NCBI GenBank assembly: GCA_017514125.1
Contig: JAFWKW010000004.1
Location: 1 to 48,619, forward strand
Reading direction: 5' to 3'
Length of the DNA stretch: 48,619 nt
Source: Candidatus Saccharimonadota bacterium
GTDB taxonomy: Bacteria > Patescibacteriota > Saccharimonadia > Saccharimonadales > Saccharimonadaceae
Shown: positions 21,089 to 29,856 of the stretch, piece by piece
Layout: each line of letters opens with the position of its first letter
Position numbering within the stretch: the first letter of the stretch is position 1
Program-made: the position numbers and the translations under genes
Notes under the pieces: model-generated
Databases searched by the model: none
Told to the model about the DNA's origin: nothing
The model's input: the letters and a program-made list of their open reading frames with translations, nothing else

Positions 21089-21108
21089 ACCCCTGATTAT
21101 ATCATATA

Positions 21109-21137
21109 TTGACATTTTACACTACTTGTGCTATAAT
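21109..21137 (+). promoter_or_regulatory. Consensus sigma70 promoter of the GH13 gene
   Basis: TTGACA-17-TATAAT with TG extension. Confidence 0.8.
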
Positions 21138-21201
21138 AGATAAGATACCTAGTAACTTACTATTTTTTGTTTTGCCTATAATAATTCTTGGAGGTGTTGA
21201 C

Positions 21202-22413
21202 ATGTCAAATATGGGTAAAATCTTGGTTTATCAGTTGTGGCCTTTAGCCTGGGGGAGCATCAAGGCTATGACATTATTTTTGTCAAAAATCAAAGCATTG
21301 GGAGCAGATTACGTATGGCTGAGTCCGATCAATCAGTCGCCCAGGCACAATCACGGCTACGACGTGTCGGACTATTACACGATAGACGACCGTCTGGGGA
21401 GTATCAAGGACTTTGACGAGTTTGTCCGGACCGCTCACGCGATTGGGCTCAAGGTTATAATGGAACTCGTGATCGACTCCACGTCCACCGAGCACCGCTG
21501 GTTTACCACCAATCCCGATTGGTATATATGGGAGACCAGCGTGACCAATTGGCACAATCTGATGGACGGCCAGTCGGCTTGGCAGTTTGACGCCAGGAGA
21601 GGCAAATATTATCTTCACTTGGGACATCCCAAGCAGGCAGACCTCAACTGGTTCCCCGGTGGCGTACCTAACCGCTCTTTGATAGAGTATTTTAGGAACG
21701 TTATGAAATACTGGATGACTAGTCACGGTGTCGATGGCTTTCGTCTGGCGCAGGCGCAATCTCTTAACAAAAATCTTTCCAAAAAAGATTTTGAATTTGA
21801 GAGCACCTATGTCGGCAGAAATGCCATCACTGTCATCAACGAGCTGTCCAACATCTATAGCGGTACTCATAAATGCCCGTTTTTAATGTTGGATCTCTAC
21901 GACACTGACGGCAGTGCTTTGGAGTACTATTCGAGTGAAACAGATGTAGAATACATCACGTCGCGTCTTCTCAAGGCGGAAATTACTAAAAACACTCGGA
22001 TTCCAAAGATTCAGGAGTCAATTAACAGATGCTGTGAGAATCCCAAGTTTATGTTGGAACTCGAGAATCACGATTCTCCGCGTCTGATTTCACAGCTGAG
22101 TATTACCGGCAAGGAGGCTATGGACTTAATGTTTACACCAAAAGTCCATGCCGTCTGCCTTTACCAGGGTCAGGAGTTGGGACTAAAAAATCCCAGCGAA
22201 AAGGAGCTGTCCCTTGTGGATATTCTGAACCTCGACGCTCGCGCCGCTCTCCAATTTGAGCATTGCGAAGTCACCGCAGAATCTCTCCGTCAGGATACCC
22301 GCGCCAACACCAGGTTGCCTTTGCCTCTGGACGAATACGCTCGTCAGGAATTAGACAAAAACAGCGTTTTAAGCTTCGCTAAGGAAGTCATTAAGGCTTG
22401 GAAAAAGGGCTGA
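21202..22413 (+). CDS. GH13 alpha-amylase-family protein, probably catalytically altered
   Basis: WLSP, HGYDVSDY, QADLNW, VDGFRLAQ, ENHD, LYQGQELG; GGAGGTG RBS before ATG 21202. Confidence 0.85.
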   Translation: MSNMGKILVYQLWPLAWGSIKAMTLFLSKIKALGADYVWLSPINQSPRHNHGYDVSDYYTIDDRLGSIKDFDEFVRTAHAIGLKVIMELVIDSTSTEHRWFTTNPDWYIWETSVTNWHNLMDGQSAWQFDARRGKYYLHLGHPKQADLNWFPGGVPNRSLIEYFRNVMKYWMTSHGVDGFRLAQAQSLNKNLSKKDFEFESTYVGRNAITVINELSNIYSGTHKCPFLMLDLYDTDGSALEYYSSETDVEYITSRLLKAEITKNTRIPKIQESINRCCENPKFMLELENHDSPRLISQLSITGKEAMDLMFTPKVHAVCLYQGQELGLKNPSEKELSLVDILNLDARAALQFEHCEVTAESLRQDTRANTRLPLPLDEYARQELDKNSVLSFAKEVIKAWKKG

Positions 22414-22424
22414 TAAACCAACAC

Positions 22425-22452
22425 AAAACCCCGCAATTATTTGCGGGGTTTT
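22425..22452. terminator. Bidirectional intrinsic terminator
   Basis: AAAACCCCGCAA-TTAT-TTGCGGGGTTTT. Confidence 0.8.
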
Positions 22453-22471
22453 TCATCTCGAATTCTAAATT

Positions 22472-23227
22472 CTATCCCATCCCCATTACATAAACTAGAT
22501 AAAATGCAATGCCATTATTTAGCATATGTACGAGCATCCCTGCATAGATTGTGCCAGTTACTTCTCTTAAAATACAATTTACCACCGACATCGAAAACAC
22601 CGTAATCCCTACGTTCCATTGAAGATGTACCAGGCCAAATAGTAACGAGGTAACCAAAATCGCCACCCACTTTGGAATTTTGACGCGCAATTTACCATAT
22701 AGCCACCCCCGAAAAATGATTTCCTCTACAATCGGCGCAAACACCGCCAGCATCACAAACGCCAGTCCGCGCTCCCAGCCTTGCATATAGTAGCTATAGC
22801 CTAAATCTTGTGCTTCGCTAGCATTAAACCAACTCACCAGATTAAATACCGCTGTGAGCCCAGAGGCTATCAAAATACTTACTATATACCCTACTGGTGC
22901 TAGCCCCACATCCGTCCAGGTCGGAAGTCCCCGAAGTCCCAATCTTTCCCTAGAGATTTTTGCTATTTTGTCTTTAAATAGTAAAGGTGGCAAAACCACT
23001 ACGACGAGAAGCGACAAACCATAGGATATTACCGAAAAAATCGAATTAGAAAGCGGCGTAGTCAACGTTTCTACCGATATAACGTTGACTAACACAAAAC
23101 TAATAAACAGACTAATCAAAAACTCCACTCCGACCACTGCCGCAAACACAAAAGCCGAAAGCCCCAGTACATATAAAACTGTCATCCACCAGGGATTCTT
23201 GTTCTTCTTGCCACCCGATTTTTTCAT
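22472..23227 (-). CDS. CPBP/Abi (CAAX protease-like) intramembrane metalloprotease
   Basis: EEIIFRG, FGLVH, HMLNN motifs. Confidence 0.9.
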   Translation of the reverse strand: MKKSGGKKNKNPWWMTVLYVLGLSAFVFAAVVGVEFLISLFISFVLVNVISVETLTTPLSNSIFSVISYGLSLLVVVVLPPLLFKDKIAKISRERLGLRGLPTWTDVGLAPVGYIVSILIASGLTAVFNLVSWFNASEAQDLGYSYYMQGWERGLAFVMLAVFAPIVEEIIFRGWLYGKLRVKIPKWVAILVTSLLFGLVHLQWNVGITVFSMSVVNCILREVTGTIYAGMLVHMLNNGIAFYLVYVMGMG

Positions 23228-24564
23228 CTAAAAAACCTCGTTATGTCTAATACGGTTACAATTACAATGAGAGCTAGTAATACCATAAAGGCTCTCGCCA
23301 CGATTTTTTCCTCGGTTTCTTTGGTTAGTTTCTTCTTTCGTAATTTATAAATTCCGATTAAGAGCCACCGCCCCCCATCGAGCGCTGGGATGGGTAGCAC
23401 GTTCATACAAGCGAGCGACACCGAGATAAGAGCCGCGAGAAACGCAAGATTAGATGGTCCCGCCGCAGTAAAGGATGGGAAAAGTACCCCAATGATTCCA
23501 ACCGGCCCAGTTACAGAATCCCCCACTGTTTCAATTGCCTCTCTACCGCTTTCTCTCGTCGCATCGTCAAAACTAAACTGTCGAAATGTTCCGGAGATTA
23601 GATTCCAGACCAGTTCCCCCAGCCCTTTAAAGGTTTCACCTGTGAGTTGTAAAGTTAGCCCCGCCCCTACAATCGGCGCGCTCCAAGTCGAGTAAGCCAC
23701 CGACTCCGAAGATTCCATACTTATACCAAGCAAATAATCCGCGTCAGCCGAGTTCAAAGTGGCAGTCAAAGTTTTTTCTACTTCGTTTACTGTCTTTGGG
23801 CACGGGTCTGTAATGCAATATACTGTTGTTTCTTCCATTCTTTGTATCGTGTACTCCACCTCTTCCCCGGCGTGGGTCTTGTTGATTGAGGTAATGTCAT
23901 ACCCATCCTTTACGACCTCCCCATTTATTTTCAAAACTAAATCTCCTTCTTTGAACCCAGCTTTTTCTGCGGGTGAGCCTTCGTGGACTTTTTTCACCTT
24001 GACCGGATCTTGTACTACTCTGGTGTCCGCATCCACGGTAAATTGTCCTTCGAGGAATGTCGGCATCCCTACCCACGCCAGCACGGTAAAAATGATAAAC
24101 GCTACTAGCCAGTTCATCATTACCCCACCAAATAGTATCTTGGTCTTTTTCCAAAAATTCGCCTTGCCAAAAGTCCCCGGCCTGGTATCCTCCGCTGATT
24201 CTCCGTCCATCTGGCAAAACCCACCAATCGGTAGCCAGTTGATGCTAAAAACCAGCCCATCCCGGATAATCTTCTTATCTTCCGCGGAAGCGAGCGCCTT
24301 TTTATTTTCCGCATCAGAGGTGGATTTTTCTACTCCTACGGTCTTGGTAATATTGATAGTTTGCCATTCAGATTTTTTGAGTTTGCGCCATTTGTGTGTT
24401 TTTGGGTCTTTAATCCAGGCTACTGCTCTCGGTGGGAATCCGATGCCAAATTCCAGTACCCTCACCCCATTTCTACGCGACATAATAAAATGCCCAAACT
24501 CGTGTGCTATCACTAAAATCATTAAAACAATCAAACCAACTATTACACCAACGAATATGTCCAT
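23224..24564 (-). CDS. rseP: RseP-like M50 intramembrane zinc protease with PDZ domain
   Basis: HEFGH, LPIGGF, GSPAEKAG, NVLPIPALDGG. Confidence 0.92.
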   Translation of the reverse strand: MDIFVGVIVGLIVLMILVIAHEFGHFIMSRRNGVRVLEFGIGFPPRAVAWIKDPKTHKWRKLKKSEWQTINITKTVGVEKSTSDAENKKALASAEDKKIIRDGLVFSINWLPIGGFCQMDGESAEDTRPGTFGKANFWKKTKILFGGVMMNWLVAFIIFTVLAWVGMPTFLEGQFTVDADTRVVQDPVKVKKVHEGSPAEKAGFKEGDLVLKINGEVVKDGYDITSINKTHAGEEVEYTIQRMEETTVYCITDPCPKTVNEVEKTLTATLNSADADYLLGISMESSESVAYSTWSAPIVGAGLTLQLTGETFKGLGELVWNLISGTFRQFSFDDATRESGREAIETVGDSVTGPVGIIGVLFPSFTAAGPSNLAFLAALISVSLACMNVLPIPALDGGRWLLIGIYKLRKKKLTKETEEKIVARAFMVLLALIVIVTVLDITRFFR

Positions 24565-24584
24565 ATATCTATTATATCATAACC

Positions 24585-24620
24585 AAAAAGAAATCAGGAC
24601 ATGTGCCTGATTTCTTTTTT
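24585..24620 (-). terminator. Terminator downstream of uppS
   Basis: AAAAAGAAATCAGG...CCTGATTTCTTTTT inverted repeat. Confidence 0.7.
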
Positions 24621-24672
24621 GAACTGGTTTCTTTTCCTGGCTTTTTCTTTTCCGAAAGAAAAAGCCAGAAGA

Positions 24673-25344
24673 CTATTTTCCAAAGCGCCGATTTCTATTG
24701 TTGTATTCCTCTACAATTTCGACCATATCCTTCTCGCTCATCTCTGGAAAATACTTTTTGATAAACATAAATTCCGCATAAGACGAGCGCCACAACATAA
24801 ACCCAGATATTCGCTCTTCGCCAGACGTCCGAACCACCATATCGATATCCGGCACCTCTGGATGATAAAGATGACTTCTGATAGTCTCTGGCGTAATTTC
24901 TTCGCCGCTAGCCACCGCCGCATTTGCCGCATCGGCGATTTCTCTTTCACCACCATAATTGAAACAGAAGCACACAGTGATTCCAGTACACTCTCGCGTG
25001 ATTTCCTCGGCTTTATCAAGCGACTTATTAAGTCCCGCCCCCACGCGGTCGCGCGAGCCAAGTATCATCATTCTAGCATTATTCTCGAGCAATTCCTCTG
25101 CGTATTTCAAGATTCGGCTTTCGGCTAGTTTCATAATATAACCCACCTCATCCGCGCTTCTCCCCCAGTTTTCTGTGCTAAAAACATAAAAAGTGATGTA
25201 TTTGATTCCAGCTTTATCGGCGGCGTTTACTAATAGCTTAATGGTATCGAGCCCCCTTTTGTGTCCTTCTATGGTTGGCAACCCTTGAGACTTTGCCCAA
25301 CGTCGATTCCCATCCGCAATGATTCCTAAATGCGTCAAACTCAT
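24673..25344 (-). CDS. uppS: Undecaprenyl/polyprenyl diphosphate synthase
   Basis: HLGIIADGNRRWA, FSTENWGR, RTSGEERISGF, RRFG. Confidence 0.96.
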   Translation of the reverse strand: MSLTHLGIIADGNRRWAKSQGLPTIEGHKRGLDTIKLLVNAADKAGIKYITFYVFSTENWGRSADEVGYIMKLAESRILKYAEELLENNARMMILGSRDRVGAGLNKSLDKAEEITRECTGITVCFCFNYGGEREIADAANAAVASGEEITPETIRSHLYHPEVPDIDMVVRTSGEERISGFMLWRSSYAEFMFIKKYFPEMSEKDMVEIVEEYNNRNRRFGK

Positions 25345-25348
25345 ATCG

Positions 25349-25894
25349 TTATATCTTCATTATCTCATCAGATTTATCTTTGAATGCTTTGTCTACCTTA
25401 TCCGAAAACTCTTTAGTCAGTTCATCAATCTCTTTCTCGGCGCGCTTCTTCACATCCTCGCTCATTTCGTCGGCGTTTTTAACAGCCTTCCTCGCATCTT
25501 CACGAATGTTCCTAAAAGCTACTTTGGCATTTTCTACTTTGGAAGAGGCGTTTTTGACGATTTCTTTTCTTCTCTCCTCGGTGAGTGGTGGAATCGGTAC
25601 TCGAATCACTCGCCCATCGTCCGCTGGATTAAGCCCCAGAGCCTGATCAGCCCGAATCGCCGATTCGATCGCAGCGATATTCGCTGGGTCAAAGGGAGTA
25701 ATTACGAGAAGTGTCGCATCCGCCGCCGTAATATTGGCGGCTTGATTTAGTGGCATAAATTGCCCATAAACCTCTACCTTGATGCCGGAGAGCATATCTG
25801 GATGCGCCCTACCGGTACGCACTTTTTTCATTTCACCATCAAACCGCGCCAAGGCCTCCTCCATCTTCTTGCGATCTTCCTTGATATCAAACAT
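25349..25894 (-). CDS. frr: Ribosome recycling factor
   Basis: RTGRA, PPLTEERRKE, RNIR. Confidence 0.96.
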   Translation of the reverse strand: MFDIKEDRKKMEEALARFDGEMKKVRTGRAHPDMLSGIKVEVYGQFMPLNQAANITAADATLLVITPFDPANIAAIESAIRADQALGLNPADDGRVIRVPIPPLTEERRKEIVKNASSKVENAKVAFRNIREDARKAVKNADEMSEDVKKRAEKEIDELTKEFSDKVDKAFKDKSDEIMKI

Positions 25895-26023
25895 AAAAAC
25901 TCCTTGTTTAATACCCTCATTATATCACACCATTAAAAACTTGTAATATATTCGTTATCAAGGTATAATACATATCAAAAGAAGGATAGTTTAATAGTAA
26001 ATCTAAAGATAAAGGACTATCCT

Positions 26024-26437
26024 ATGTCAGAAAAACAACAAAAAGATTTTTACGGGTGGATTAAACTAAAAGCAAAGTTACATTACGAAGCTCATATTTG
26101 CGCTATCAAAAATGGCGATATTTGGTGGTGTGGGCTTGGCGAAAATGTCGGGGCTGAAATTAATGGTAAAGCCAGCAAATTTGCAAGACCGGTTTTGGTA
26201 ATCAGGAAACTCAGCCAATATAATTTTATAGGAGTCCCGCTTACTTCAAAAGAACACCGTGGCAGTTGGTATATAGATTTCAGATTTCAAAACAAAAAAG
26301 AAATAGCGGTTGTGGCACAAGTAAGAAATATTAGTACGTCTAGGCTTTATAGTAAGATGGGGGAAATCCCTGAATCTGTTTTGAAAAACGTACGGTTAAA
26401 GTTAGCGAGTTTGATTTTGGGAAAAAATATTCCCTAA
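26024..26437 (+). CDS. PemK/MazF-family toxin-like endoribonuclease, no adjacent antitoxin ORF
   Basis: GDIWW..LGENVGAEINGK...RPVLVI...VPLTS...QVRNISTSRL..KMG; own TTGTAA-17-TATAAT promoter (25941-25969). Confidence 0.8.
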   Translation: MSEKQQKDFYGWIKLKAKLHYEAHICAIKNGDIWWCGLGENVGAEINGKASKFARPVLVIRKLSQYNFIGVPLTSKEHRGSWYIDFRFQNKKEIAVVAQVRNISTSRLYSKMGEIPESVLKNVRLKLASLILGKNIP

Positions 26438-26471
26438 TCTCACGATTAGGGTGGACGGGTATCCCCGAATT
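26421..26471 (-). ncRNA. Putative ~50-nt small RNA convergent on the mazF-like 3' end
   Basis: Minus-strand TGATATAAT at 26478-26486, CGGG-GATA-CCCG hairpin, 8-bp hairpin 26432-26451 followed by AATATTTTTT. Confidence 0.4.
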
Positions 26472-26588
26472 ATTCCTATTATATCAAATATCTCAGACTT
26501 TGTCTATACGTTATTTATAAAACTGTCAGTACATATAATATAGTCATCAAAGCGCCCATCCCCAATAAATTTAGCCTTGGCATTGTAC

Positions 26589-26649
26589 CCATCCCTTGAT
26601 ACATTAGTGGATATAAAAAGACTAGACTTTAGGAGGCCTGGATACAGCG
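26589..26649. repeat. 61-bp cassette arm, copy 1 (RCIQAS-stop plus 3' flank)
   Basis: CCATCCCTTGATACATTAGTGGATATAAAAAGACTAGACTTTAGGAGGCCTGGATACAGCG, identical at 45140 and 48141. Confidence 0.95.
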
Positions 26650-27444
26650 GATGTAGCTCCCACCGAAGCGGCCACTACCATTGTAGGTATGTAGGTTACC
26701 GCTAGTGTAACCTAGACGATACCGTAATTTGTCATTATTCGCGGCGTTACCCCACCAGTATCCGTGAGTGGTTTCATTAAACAGTGCGGCATTATAGTAA
26801 CCCCCGCCTGTCACTGGAGAGAAGCTAGAAACGTAAGTACTGCTACCGCCGTCAATGCCCCCGCTTAGGCTGTCAATCTGATCTTTGCTTGGCAATGTCC
26901 AGCCTTTGGGGCTATCTGCTACCTTTGCTGTCATATCCTGCATATAGGTTAAGTCTGATACATCTTTTTCCTCACTGACACAGCGGATATAGGTACCACC
27001 GTTGCGATAACTGTAGGCAGTGCTTAAGTCACTACTATTATAGCGTAGGTAGTGTCGTCCTGCGCCATTATATGCTGTAGAATTCCACCAGTACCCGGCC
27101 TCAGTTTCATAGTTTAACGCACTATTATAGTAACGTCCGCCTAGAATTGGGGAAAAGCTACTGACATAAGCAGTGCTACTGGCGTCTGGTCCGATAGCGC
27201 GGGTTTGTGCTACGGTGGGTAAACTCCAGCCTTTAGGGCAGATGCTTTCTGTGGTAGTAGCTATATTGTCCGTACCGGTTATAGTTCCGGCTGTGGCTGT
27301 CCCATAATTATACCAAACAGTATTACCACCACTACCGGTATTAGAACCACTATGGATACAAGCATTTGTATATCCAGCCCCACTACCAATTCCAGTACTA
27401 GAGTTATACGTTCCATAGCACTCACCCCCGCTGGTGCCGCGTTT
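26629..27444 (-). other. Silent FISUMP cassette pair: type I (27444-26929) fused in frame to type II (26910-26629)
   Basis: Manual translation is open from KRGTSGGECYG through ICPKGWSLP...IRCVSEEKDVSDLTYMQDMT-AKVADS-PKGWTLPS...IRCIQAS*; no start codon upstream of KRGT before the in-frame TGA at 27514-27516. Confidence 0.8.
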
Positions 27445-27447
27445 TTT

Positions 27448-27524
27448 ATCTGCCCCAAAGGCTGGACATTGCCAAGTAAGACGAAGTCTAGTCTTTTTAT
27501 ATCCACTATTGTATCAAGGGATGG
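27448..27524 (+). other. Empty type II cassette slot
   Basis: ATCTGCCCCAAAGGCTGGACATTGCCAAGT at 27448-27477 followed after 6 nt by the inverted 41-bp non-coding arm at 27484-27524 (1 mismatch). Confidence 0.8.
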
Positions 27525-27542
27525 TTGTAGACAGAATACAAA

Positions 27543-27610
27543 AAACAACAAAATAGATTTTTTAATAGGGGTGAAAGTCCAAGCTATTAAAAAATCTTAT
27601 TCTGTTGTTT
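27543..27610 (-). terminator. Long AT-rich hairpin downstream of tsf
   Basis: AAACAACAAAATAGATTTTTTAATAG...CTATTAAAAAATCTTATTCTGTTGTTT. Confidence 0.6.
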
Positions 27611-27617
27611 CAAAAGT

Positions 27618-28208
27618 CTACTCAGTAACCCCAAGCTCAATGCGCTTAAACTGACGGACGGTGATGTTTTCACCAGTTTTGGCAATCGCTTCCTTGATAA
27701 ACTGTTCCACGGTTTTGGTGTCATCCAAAATATAGGGTTGATTCATCAGAACCTTATCCGAGAAAGCCTTCTTTACCTGGCCTTCAAGGATTTTCTCCTT
27801 CATATTTTCTGGGCCCTTGAAATTTTCCTCAAGCTCTTTAATTTTAGCCTTTTTGTCAGCCTCTGGAATGTCGTCTTCGGATACATAGAGTGGCGCCATC
27901 GACGCAATCTGCATCGCGATTTGATGTGCCAAAGTCTTAAATTCTTCAGTCTTGGCTACAAAAGATGTTTCACAGTTAACCTCTACGATTGCGCCCAGCC
28001 GACCGTCGTGGATATAGGCTTCTACTAAGCCTTCACGGGTTTCACGGTCGCCACGCTTCTCAGCTTTAGTTAAACCTTTCTTTCTCATTGCCTCAAGCGC
28101 TTTATCAAAATCACCTTTTGCCTCTACTAGGGCTTTCTTGGCATCGGTTAGCCCCGCGCCAGAGAGCTCTTTTAATTTTTTGATTTGTTCGACCGAAATT
28201 TCAGCCAT
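27618..28208 (-). CDS. tsf: Elongation factor Ts (short form)
   Basis: KKALVEAKGD, EVNCETSFVA, GENITVRQF. Confidence 0.96.
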   Translation of the reverse strand: MAEISVEQIKKLKELSGAGLTDAKKALVEAKGDFDKALEAMRKKGLTKAEKRGDRETREGLVEAYIHDGRLGAIVEVNCETSFVAKTEEFKTLAHQIAMQIASMAPLYVSEDDIPEADKKAKIKELEENFKGPENMKEKILEGQVKKAFSDKVLMNQPYILDDTKTVEQFIKEAIAKTGENITVRQFKRIELGVTE

Positions 28209-28249
28209 TTTTGCCTCCTTTTTGAGATTATTTAAAAGATTTCTTAAAT

Positions 28250-28936
28250 TTATTTACGACCTTCTTTGATCGCTTCTACGATATAGTCCAAAATCAACTG
28301 GGTAGCCTTAATCGCGTCATCATTACAAGGAATTACGTAATCAATATTAGTAGGATCCACATTAGTATCTGTAATCGCAAATACTGGAATGTGGAGATTG
28401 TTCGCCTCTTTAATAGCGTTTTTGTCCTCCGAGGCATCTACTACTACGATTGCCGCTGGTTGTTCGCTCATATCTTTGATACCGCCGTAGCGCTCATTGA
28501 GTAAATCGATTTCTTCTTGAAATCTCTGAACTTCAAGTTTAGAATAACGGTTCTCGAGCTCGCCCGAAGCCATTCTCTTTTCCAAATCTTTTAGCTTTCT
28601 GATTTGGCGATTCACAGTTTCTACATTGGTTAGAGTACCACCGACCCAACGTACTGTCACATAAGGCATCTCTACGGATTCAGCCGCCGCCTTGACGATT
28701 TCTTTCATTTGCTTCTTAGTACCGACAAACAAAATCTTTTTGTCGGACTTTGCAATCTCGGTAATTTTCGGCAAAGCTATATTTAGAGCCTCGACGGTTT
28801 TATCAAGATTAATAATGTGTGCTCCCTGTTTTTTGGAGTGAATATACGGTGCCATCTTGGGGTGCCATCGGCTCGTTTTGTGCCCAAAATGAGCACCACT
28901 CTCGAGCAGAGCCTTCATATCGACATTTACTGCCAT
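28250..28936 (-). CDS. rpsB: 30S ribosomal protein S2
   Basis: GAHFGH, FVGTK, RWVGGTLTN, DTNVDP, IPCNDD. Confidence 0.98.
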   Translation of the reverse strand: MAVNVDMKALLESGAHFGHKTSRWHPKMAPYIHSKKQGAHIINLDKTVEALNIALPKITEIAKSDKKILFVGTKKQMKEIVKAAAESVEMPYVTVRWVGGTLTNVETVNRQIRKLKDLEKRMASGELENRYSKLEVQRFQEEIDLLNERYGGIKDMSEQPAAIVVVDASEDKNAIKEANNLHIPVFAITDTNVDPTNIDYVIPCNDDAIKATQLILDYIVEAIKEGRK

Positions 28937-28958
28937 AATATGATTTCCTTTCTCTTTC

Positions 28959-29006
28959 TCTGTAGGGTTAGTAAACCTCGCTATTTACCAGGAAACCTCC
29001 CACAGA
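28959..29006 (-). promoter_or_regulatory. Structured rpsB 5' leader
   Basis: TCTGTGGG...CCTACAGA stem with inner GTAAAT/GTTTAC pairing; G-U pairs favour the minus strand; promoter TGGTATAAT near 29033-29041. Confidence 0.5.
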
Positions 29007-29123
29007 GTGCTTCATTAATTACTATATACCCTAATTATACCACACGTGCTTGTAAAAATCAAGTTTCTCTGATAAAATCAAAAATAATTGGGTGGCGAGT
29101 CCTTTAAAAAGGAGGTGATAGAT

Positions 29124-29780
29124 ATGTTTTTTGGCACAGTCGACGAAAACGTCAAAACTCAACTCCAGCTGGGTTTAGATGAATATGAGCAGTATAAGAT
29201 CATGATGGATCGAAGGTTTTACCTTACTTCGATAATATTGGCTACCGACGAGGAAGCTGACGGCTTTGAGCGTGAGAGATCGACTATTATGCGTATGGTA
29301 GAAGATATTATGGAAATCAACCGCTATGATGCAAAACAGGATACTCCACCAAAGGAACGTAAGCCCATCCGGCTTTACATTAATTCTCCTGGTGGCAGTA
29401 TTTCTGAGGGGTTTTCCCTGCTTAGCGCAATAGAACTTTCCAAGACTCCGATCTATACCATCAATATTGGTCAATGGAGTTCGATGGCATTTCTAATCGG
29501 TATATCTGGGCACAAGAGGTTTTCCCTTCCGCATATGCGTTTCTTAATGCATGAGGGGTATGCCGGAGCCTATGATAGTGGGGGTAAAGCCCAAGATTTA
29601 ATGAGGTTCTTGGATCGCTTTGAAAGAGAAGTCGTCAGAAGCCACGTATTAAAACATGGTAAAATGAGCGCTGAAGAATATGACAGCAAAATCCGTGAGG
29701 AAGTTTATATGCTTCCGGAAGACGCTCTTGAATACGGCTTTATCGACGAAATCGTCACAGACATCGACGCCATCCTGTAA
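29124..29780 (+). CDS. ClpP-family protease
   Basis: PIRLYINSPGGS, WSSMA, LMHE, ALEYGFIDEI; AAGGAGGTG RBS before ATG 29124. Confidence 0.88.
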   Translation: MFFGTVDENVKTQLQLGLDEYEQYKIMMDRRFYLTSIILATDEEADGFERERSTIMRMVEDIMEINRYDAKQDTPPKERKPIRLYINSPGGSISEGFSLLSAIELSKTPIYTINIGQWSSMAFLIGISGHKRFSLPHMRFLMHEGYAGAYDSGGKAQDLMRFLDRFEREVVRSHVLKHGKMSAEEYDSKIREEVYMLPEDALEYGFIDEIVTDIDAIL

Positions 29781-29789
29781 TTTTTAATG

Positions 29790-29814
29790 AAGCGGGCTTT
29801 TTAGCCCGCTTTTC
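29790..29814 (+). terminator. Intrinsic terminator
   Basis: AAGCGGGCT-TTTT-AGCCCGCTTTT. Confidence 0.8.
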
Positions 29815-29856
29815 TCTTTACTTTTTTCAAAATCTCTGATATAATAGATGCTAATT

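Noticed and set aside
26589-27524. MITE or IS with 41-bp terminal inverted repeats and a TTGTA target duplication
   Set aside because: No transposase; the same repeat is the 3' flank of the edge gene; TTGTA also precedes other copies, so it is not a convincing target-site duplication.
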